Assembly: GCA_963718565.1 (NCBI GenBank)
Contig: OY970364.1
Span: 1,024,001 to 1,088,000 of the forward strand
From: an uncultured Verrucomicrobiae bacterium
GTDB lineage: Bacteria > Chlamydiota > Chlamydiia > Chlamydiales > Rhabdochlamydiaceae
Direction of reading: 5' to 3'
DNA length: 64,000 nucleotides
Of this stretch, positions 58,103 through 64,000 are shown in pieces. Position 1 is the first letter of the stretch; every line of letters starts with the position of its first letter. The position numbers and the translations under genes were made by a program. The notes under the pieces are model-generated. The model was not told the origin of the DNA. It saw nothing but the letters and a program-made list of their open reading frames with translations, and did no database searches.

Positions 58103-58342
58103 TTATACTTTTTCAGCCGTTTCTTCTTCCTCTTCCTCCATTTTCTGGAGATCCTTGAGGTATTGTTCGCTTGGATTGCGTTTAATTTCGTTAAGCAATT
58201 TGCTCATCGTGACTTCATGTCCAGATTTGATATAAAAGCGCGCTAAACGAATTGCCTGGTTGGCGAGCTCGAAATTGCTCTTGAACAATCCACGCAAACT
58301 TTGATTGGTAAGCTGGTCTCTTGTTACTGTATATTCTTTCAT
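58103..58342 (-). CDS. rpoZ: RNA polymerase omega subunit (chlamydial CT031-like)
   Basis: LTNQSL..LFKSNFELAN.AI; lies between gmk and metG. Confidence 0.7.
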   Translation of the reverse strand: MKEYTVTRDQLTNQSLRGLFKSNFELANQAIRLARFYIKSGHEVTMSKLLNEIKRNPSEQYLKDLQKMEEEEEETAEKV

Positions 58343-58343
58343 A

Positions 58344-58949
58344 TTATTGATCCTTTCTTTGTACGCGGTGCTCTTCGGCGATGACAATACTGCGCAAAAC
58401 GATATATGCCTGGTTTAAATGATCATTGACAATGTGGTAATCATAATTTGTCATCATTTCCATTTCAGCTTGTGCCCAAGAAAGCCTTTTTTCAATCGCT
58501 TCCCTATTTTCCGTTTTGCGTTTGATGAGCCGTCCTTTAAGCTCTTCAAGGGAAGGAGGGCTTAGGAAAATATACACCGCAGGAAATTTTCTTTTCTTTA
58601 GCTGCATTGCTCCCTGGGTATCGATAATCAGGAAGACATGTTTACCCATTTCCTGCTGTTCCAAGACATAGATCTGCGAAGTCCCATAATAATACCCAAA
58701 AACTTCGGCATATTCAAGAAAATCTCCTTGGTCGATTTTTCTCTCAAATTCTTTTTTAGAAAGAAAATAATAATCTTTACCATCGATCTCTCCTGGGCGG
58801 GGTGGACGAGTTGTGCAAGAGATACTCTCATAAATACAAGGAAATTCTTGAGACAGCATCCGCACCAGGGTCGTTTTGCCCGTCCCAGCCGGTGCGCTCA
58901 GTATAAACACAAAACCTTTTGAAATATTTCCTAGAAGTTTTTGAGTCAT
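58344..58949 (-). CDS. gmk: Guanylate kinase
   Basis: SAPAGTGKTT, TTRPPRPGE.DG.DYYF, YYGT. Confidence 0.97.
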   Translation of the reverse strand: MTQKLLGNISKGFVFILSAPAGTGKTTLVRMLSQEFPCIYESISCTTRPPRPGEIDGKDYYFLSKKEFERKIDQGDFLEYAEVFGYYYGTSQIYVLEQQEMGKHVFLIIDTQGAMQLKKRKFPAVYIFLSPPSLEELKGRLIKRKTENREAIEKRLSWAQAEMEMMTNYDYHIVNDHLNQAYIVLRSIVIAEEHRVQRKDQ

Positions 58950-58950
58950 C

Positions 58951-59838
58951 TTATTCGATGTTTTGCACTTGTTCGCGGATCTTATCCAGTTCGCTTTTAA
59001 TCTTTACAACATACAATGCAATTTCACTATCTGCTGATTTTGAGCCCAAGGTATTCACTTCTCGGTGCATTTCCTGAGTTAAAAAATCCAGCGTTCTACC
59101 CACAGCCTTCCCATGAGAGGAAAGATATTGGCGGAAATGCTCAATATGCGTACGAAGCCTAACGAGTTCTTCTGTAACATCCATCTTTTGGGCAAAAATG
59201 ACCACTTCGCTAGCAATCCTTTCTTCAGCTTCCCCATGCAAATGTCCGATCTCTTTCAATCGATCCATCAGTTTGTTGCGATAATGAATCAAAGGAATTT
59301 CTTTTTTGAGCTCGACAGCAGTGACGCTCTCTTCGATGATCTTAAGCCTTTTTTCAATATCCAGGGCGAGAATCCCCCCTTCAGTCTCTTTCATCTGCAT
59401 CAATTCTTGCAAAGCCAGGTCGATGCCCTCTTTTAAGGAAGCTTTAAGCGCTTCTTCCTCTTCTTTAGATTCAGAAGAAGAATTCATTTGCAATTGAGAG
59501 ACCAAAAACTGCAAATCGACCATCTTTTGGGGATCGTAGCCAAGTTCGCGCGCTAAATTTTCCCATCCTTCCTTTAGAGCCTTGAGCTGAAGAGAATAAT
59601 TAGAGAAAAGTTTACTATTTATACCTTCGCTTTGCAACATCAGGCGCAATGTGATTTGACCGCGCTCAAGAAAGTGGCTTAAGCATTTGCGGATTTCGAT
59701 ATCAAAACGCAGTAGCTCTTTAGGCAGATAAAGTGACATGTCGAGCATTTTGCGATTGACGGAATGGATTTCAATGACAATGCGCCCAAGTAGGGACCCC
59801 ATGCTGGCGCGACTGTAAGCGGTCATGCTTTTTATCAT
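58951..59838 (-). CDS. yicC: YicC/YloC family endoribonuclease
   Basis: MIKSMTAY, SVNR, DVTEELVRL..H, GRTLDFL.QEM.RE.NT.GSK, IREQVQNIE. Confidence 0.95.
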   Translation of the reverse strand: MIKSMTAYSRASMGSLLGRIVIEIHSVNRKMLDMSLYLPKELLRFDIEIRKCLSHFLERGQITLRLMLQSEGINSKLFSNYSLQLKALKEGWENLARELGYDPQKMVDLQFLVSQLQMNSSSESKEEEEALKASLKEGIDLALQELMQMKETEGGILALDIEKRLKIIEESVTAVELKKEIPLIHYRNKLMDRLKEIGHLHGEAEERIASEVVIFAQKMDVTEELVRLRTHIEHFRQYLSSHGKAVGRTLDFLTQEMHREVNTLGSKSADSEIALYVVKIKSELDKIREQVQNIE

Positions 59839-59920
59839 TCATAATCCTCGATAGAATTGTAAAACTTATAGACAATGTAGTTCTCTATGTCAAGACTTTG
59901 CCAAAACCTGTTTTCGAGTG

Positions 59921-60023
59921 AGTTGCGAGATTGACAAAACGGGGTGATTTTCTGGGGGAGATTAAGCTGGTTAGCTAAATAATTTCCCCCAGAAAATCAC
60001 CCCGTTTTGTTAGTTTTGCAATT
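59921..60023. repeat. Long intergenic palindrome (~43-bp arms)
   Basis: ACAAAACGGGGTGATTTTCTGGGGGA / TCCCCCAGAAAATCACCCCGTTTTGT is perfect; extensions pair with G-T mismatches. Confidence 0.85.
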
Positions 60024-60027
60024 CCCT

Positions 60028-60675
60028 CTACTTATAAAGCGATTTTAACGGATCGAAGCTCATGCGATGGATGGGACATGGACCATAATGATGAATGGCG
60101 CGCAAATGTTCTTCAGTAGCATAGCCTTTATGAGAAGAAAAACCATATTGCGGCCACTGTTGATCAAAAGCGCGCATTAATTGATCTCGGGTTTCTTTAG
60201 CAATGATAGAAGCTGCCGCAATCGATTGGGAGAGACTATCTCCCTGAATAATAGCCTGTCCAGGAGTGCTCGTCGAGGGCATCTTATTGCCATCGATGAG
60301 AAGGAAGTCAGGTTTTTGATTGAGCCGTGAGATAGCGATAAGCATCGCCTGAAAAGTCGCTTGGAGAATATTGATCTGATCAATGATCACGGCATCGATG
60401 ATGCCAACTCCATAATCGACATCGGAAAGAGCAAGAATCTTCTGAAAAATTTGAAATCGCACTGAGGGAAGCAACTTTTTACTATCGTTGATCCCTTCAA
60501 TGAGCGTCCCCTCTGGCAGAATACAGGCCGCAGCGACAACCGGCCCCGCGAGAGGGCCCCTTCCTGCCTCATCAACGCCAGCGATGAGCTTGAATCCATG
60601 TCGTTGAACATTGCGTTCCCAAACCATCATCGATTCTAACCGCTTGCATTCTTGCGGAGAGAGCGCCTTCTGCAT
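60028..60675 (-). CDS. rnhB: Ribonuclease HII
   Basis: GVDEAGRGPLAGPV, DSKK, IDG, SIAAASIIAK, HKGY. Confidence 0.97.
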   Translation of the reverse strand: MQKALSPQECKRLESMMVWERNVQRHGFKLIAGVDEAGRGPLAGPVVAAACILPEGTLIEGINDSKKLLPSVRFQIFQKILALSDVDYGVGIIDAVIIDQINILQATFQAMLIAISRLNQKPDFLLIDGNKMPSTSTPGQAIIQGDSLSQSIAAASIIAKETRDQLMRAFDQQWPQYGFSSHKGYATEEHLRAIHHYGPCPIHRMSFDPLKSLYK

Positions 60676-60690
60676 AAAATTTATCGCGGG

Positions 60691-61098
60691 TTATGTCGCT
60701 GGTTGATTTTCTACAGTTCCGTTGTTTCCAGCAACTGCTTTGGCAATGCCAATATGCTCTTGAACTTTAGAAGCTTTTCCAGAGGTTCCTCTGAGATAAT
60801 AGAGTTTACTCTTGCGGACTTTACCTGTTCTGATGACTTCGATTTTTGCAATTTTTGGACTATGAAGCAAATAGACTCTTTCAATACCTGCGCCATAAGA
60901 AAAACGATAAAGAGCGATTGTTTCAGAAAGACCGCCGCCGCGGCGGGCAATGACTGTGCCTGTAAAAATTTGGATGCGCTCTTTGTCTCCTTCTATGATG
61001 CGCTGGTGGATGCTAATCGTATCCCCAACATGGAACTCAGGAATATGATTTTTAAGCTGCTGTGCTTCAATTTCCTGAATCACTTGACACTGTTTCAT
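60691..61098 (-). CDS. rplS: 50S ribosomal protein L19
   Basis: PEF.VGDT, EG.KERIQ.F.G, GKVRKSKLYYLR. Confidence 0.97.
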   Translation of the reverse strand: MKQCQVIQEIEAQQLKNHIPEFHVGDTISIHQRIIEGDKERIQIFTGTVIARRGGGLSETIALYRFSYGAGIERVYLLHSPKIAKIEVIRTGKVRKSKLYYLRGTSGKASKVQEHIGIAKAVAGNNGTVENQPAT

Positions 61099-61135
61099 GT
61101 TTCTATCCTTATGTTTAACCTGAATAATGGTTTTT

Positions 61136-61810
61136 TTAATGATTTGTAATCAGTTCGGGCCGCACACGCTGCGTTTTCTCGAATCCTTTTTGCATGCGCC
61201 ACTCTTCGATATCCGCATGATGGCCACTTTTTAACACTTCTGGAACTTCCAATCCTTCAAACATTTCTGGTCGCGTATAGGAAGGTCCTTCTAATATTCC
61301 TTTCTGGAACGATTCCTGTTGGCTGGCCTCTTCATGGCCTAATACTCCAGGGATGAATCGCACTGTTGCATCCATCAAAACTATCGACGCCAGGCATCCA
61401 TTGGTTAAGACGTAATCACCAATGCTGATCTCTTCATCGATCTCTTGTTCGATGACTCTTTCGTCCAGCCCTTCATAATGCCCACACACAAGGACCAGAT
61501 GAGGGAGTACCGCCAATCTTGAGGCCATCTTGGCATCGAGTAACTTTCCTTGCGGAGAGAGGTAAATCACATGGGAATTATCCTTTTTCACACTACGAAT
61601 CGCTTGTGTCATAGGTCCAGGCATCAGGACCATCCCAGGTCCGCCACCATAGGGCCTGTCATCGACTTTGCGATGTTTCCCCTCTCCAAAATCACGAATA
61701 TTTATTAAACGAATATCGATTAACCCTTTGTCTATTGCCCTATTAATCATGCTTACTTTGAAAGGACCTTCAAAATATTCAGGGAAAAGGGAAAGGATGT
61801 CGATGTTCAT
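61136..61810 (-). CDS. trmD: tRNA (guanine37-N1)-methyltransferase
   Basis: VDDRPYGGGPGM, CGHYEG.DER, SIGDYVL, YTRP. Confidence 0.97.
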   Translation of the reverse strand: MNIDILSLFPEYFEGPFKVSMINRAIDKGLIDIRLINIRDFGEGKHRKVDDRPYGGGPGMVLMPGPMTQAIRSVKKDNSHVIYLSPQGKLLDAKMASRLAVLPHLVLVCGHYEGLDERVIEQEIDEEISIGDYVLTNGCLASIVLMDATVRFIPGVLGHEEASQQESFQKGILEGPSYTRPEMFEGLEVPEVLKSGHHADIEEWRMQKGFEKTQRVRPELITNH

Positions 61811-61817
61811 CTAAAAA

Positions 61818-62156
61818 TTATCCCGTCGCTTTTTTCGCTGTTTTTTTTGCTTTTCTGCGCTTCATCGTTTTTTTCACGCGGCGCGCATGTTCTTTTGCTC
61901 GGATCTCTTTCATTAATTCAGGCGCGACTCGAGCAAGCAGAGTTTGTGCATTCGGAGTGATTTCCGCTCCTTGTCCGACCCAATACTGAATGCGCTCGAC
62001 ATCCACTTGAGCATCTTTGGTCGTGCTAAAAGGATTGTACCAGCCGATCATTTCAATGTACTTGCCGTCGCGCGGATTGCGAATATCAGTCACGACAAGA
62101 CGGTATGTTTGTCGGTTTGTGCGCCCTTGCTGTCGCATACGAATTTTTAACGCCAT
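61818..62156 (-). CDS. rpsP: 30S ribosomal protein S16
   Basis: MALKIRM...G, YRLVV.D.R.PRDG.YIE..G.YNP. Confidence 0.97.
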   Translation of the reverse strand: MALKIRMRQQGRTNRQTYRLVVTDIRNPRDGKYIEMIGWYNPFSTTKDAQVDVERIQYWVGQGAEITPNAQTLLARVAPELMKEIRAKEHARRVKKTMKRRKAKKTAKKATG

Positions 62157-62186
62157 AAATGCAATTTCTCCATTTTCCAATAAATT

Positions 62187-63557
62187 TTAAAAATCCCACG
62201 GCATTTTGTCACCTGCAAAAGGCATTTTGCCGCCGAATAAATCCTTGTTACCCTTTTTCATTTGATTCTTTAAGCTGGGCATCTCTTTGCAAAATTGCTT
62301 GAGCTTTTTAAACCCTTTAACCATTTTGTTGACATCATCGATCGTGGTTCCGCTGCCTGCAGCAATACGACGACGGCGACCAGGGATGAGTTCTACCTTC
62401 TCCGTTCTTTCCTTCATGGTCATCGAAGTGATCATGGCTTCGATCTTATTGAATTCCTTCTCATCAAAATCCATTTCGCCGATCCCAGACATCCCAGGCA
62501 GCATTTTCAACAAGCTTTTGAACGATCCCATCCGCTTGACCATAGCCATTTGCTTTAGGTAATCGTCATAGGTAAAGGCAGCCTTTAGAATCTTTTTCTC
62601 AAGAGCTTTACTTTCTTCCTCATCCATGTTCTCTTGCGCTTTGCGGACAAGGTTGATCACATCGCCCATGCCTAAGATCCGATCAGCCATGGAATGGGGA
62701 TTAAAGGGCTGCAAATCGCCTATTTTTTCGCCGATCCCCTCAAATTTTAGAGGCTTATTTGTCACTTCACGGATCGAGATGGCAGCACCGGCTCTTGCGC
62801 TTCCATCAAGCATCGTCAAAATCGTACCGGAAATTTGGACGCGCTTATCAAATTCAACTGCTGTTTTTACGGCATCCTGTCCTGTAGCAGCGCTAGCGAC
62901 AAAAAGGATTTCATGAGGTTGGACAATCGCTTTGATCTCTTCGAGTTGTTTCATCAGTTCTTCGTCAATGGCAAGGCGTCCTGCTGTATCGACAATCAAT
63001 GTATCAAAGCCTTCTGTTTTCGCTTTTTGCATCGCTTCTTTTGCCACGCAGACTGGATTCTTCTCTCCTTCAACAGAAAAGACAGGAACATCGATTTGAG
63101 AGGCTAATTTCTTGAGCTGTTCAACAGCCGCTGGGCGTTGTAAATCGCAGGCGGCAAGAAGAGTGCGTTTGCTGGGATATTTTTTCTGCAAATAAGCGGC
63201 GAGTTTTGCACAGTGCGTCGTTTTTCCCGATCCTTGTAGCCCGCAGAGAAGAATCACACTGGGCTTGCCTTTGAACTCTAATGGTGACTCCTCTAAGCCC
63301 ATCAACGCGACGAGCTCTTCGTGAATAAGTTTAGTGAATTGCTGTCCAGGAGAAACAGATTTGATGATGGCATCACCAATAGCTTTTTCTTTAACGCGTT
63401 TGACGAAGTTGCTAGCAACAGAATAGTTCACATCAGCATCTAGCAGAGCAAGACGCACTTGCCGGACAGCGTCGGAAATGTTGTCCTCAGTGAGGGTCTT
63501 TTTCCCCGCCAGGTTGGAAAACATCTGTTGGAATTTTTCTGAGAGCGAACCAAACAT
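62187..63557 (-). CDS. ffh: Signal recognition particle protein
   Basis: ALLDADV, GLQGSGKTT, DTAGR, RILGMGD, Met-rich M domain. Confidence 0.97.
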   Translation of the reverse strand: MFGSLSEKFQQMFSNLAGKKTLTEDNISDAVRQVRLALLDADVNYSVASNFVKRVKEKAIGDAIIKSVSPGQQFTKLIHEELVALMGLEESPLEFKGKPSVILLCGLQGSGKTTHCAKLAAYLQKKYPSKRTLLAACDLQRPAAVEQLKKLASQIDVPVFSVEGEKNPVCVAKEAMQKAKTEGFDTLIVDTAGRLAIDEELMKQLEEIKAIVQPHEILFVASAATGQDAVKTAVEFDKRVQISGTILTMLDGSARAGAAISIREVTNKPLKFEGIGEKIGDLQPFNPHSMADRILGMGDVINLVRKAQENMDEEESKALEKKILKAAFTYDDYLKQMAMVKRMGSFKSLLKMLPGMSGIGEMDFDEKEFNKIEAMITSMTMKERTEKVELIPGRRRRIAAGSGTTIDDVNKMVKGFKKLKQFCKEMPSLKNQMKKGNKDLFGGKMPFAGDKMPWDF

Positions 63558-63644
63558 AGAACCAATATTTTACTTGTCGCGAGAACACATCAATAAAATG
63601 TTACTCTTATTTAAAGAATACGGCTTTATAGCATAGAGGGAGAC

Positions 63645-64000
63645 TTATTCAAATTCAAGGAAAAAGAAGCGATCGTGCCCAGCCCAATCCTTTTCCACGC
63701 GTCTATTTTTCCAGCCCTTTCCTGAGAATATGTTTAGAACGGACCCTCCCTGCCCTGCGCCAATTTCAAGAAAAATTTTCGCTTTGGGGTTTAAATGGAA
63801 AGGAAGTTCATTTTCCAGCCTTCGATAAAAAGACAAGCCATCCTCTCCGCCGAGCAAAGCTTCCCTGGGTTCATAATCTTTGACTGAAGGGTCTAATGTT
63901 AAAAAATCTTTAGCGGAAATATAAGGCGGATTACAAAAAATGATGTCAGCTTTGCACCCATCAAACGGGGCTAATAAATCGCCTTGCAAAAATTCCACTT
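63645..64000 (-). CDS. prmC: Release factor glutamine methyltransferase (3' part)
   Basis: NPPYI, EPREAL.GG.DGL, EIG..Q, D.AG.DR; cut by the window edge. Confidence 0.93.
   Translation of the reverse strand, partial: VEFLQGDLLAPFDGCKADIIFCNPPYISAKDFLTLDPSVKDYEPREALLGGEDGLSFYRRLENELPFHLNPKAKIFLEIGAGQGGSVLNIFSGKGWKNRRVEKDWAGHDRFFFLEFE

Noticed and set aside
53914..64000. Novelty in the core block, including the recD2/metG 3' overlap and antisense ORFs
   Set aside because: Standard conserved gene order; short convergent overlaps and shadow ORFs are ordinary

Overview
The window is bacterial, most likely an environmental member of Chlamydiota. This is inferred from the conserved order prmC-ffh-rpsP-trmD-rplS-rnhB-(yicC)-gmk-rpoZ-metG/recD2 at the right end and a tRNA without encoded CCA. 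Bases ~53.7-64 kb are core genome. Everything left of tRNA-Asn (53670-53741) is accessory DNA. Its main content is two adjacent integrative elements with phage-satellite/PICI-like layout and no capsid, tail or conjugation genes. Element A (~15.3-35.9 kb) has a tyrosine integrase split by IS1634, a coupled catalytically dead recombinase, an HTH protein, a prim-pol/helicase with a 3+3 iteron origin, an HGGxSTG protein, a PD-(D/E)XK nuclease, a type I R-M system with HsdM fused to a single-TRD half-HsdS, an unknown two-gene module and two envelope genes. Element B (~35.9-53.7 kb) has a serine integrase reading into tRNA-Asn, a MerR-like HTH, a primase-helicase split by IS3, a SpoVG-like gene, and an operon of type I R-M + TM0106 nuclease + trypsin-like protease facing a DUF6602 nuclease. 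The left 15 kb is decaying: BrnTA, an ISAs1 scrap, a 5'-truncated nuclease-helicase, a 570-bp inverted duplication through an IS256, a deleted IS1634 copy, paralogous secreted proteins and a Gly-rich autotransporter. A complete 2033-bp IS that I cannot assign to a family (9-bp TSD, A9 frameshift) is also present. No CRISPR array was seen. Family calls come from motif recognition by eye; no searches were run.
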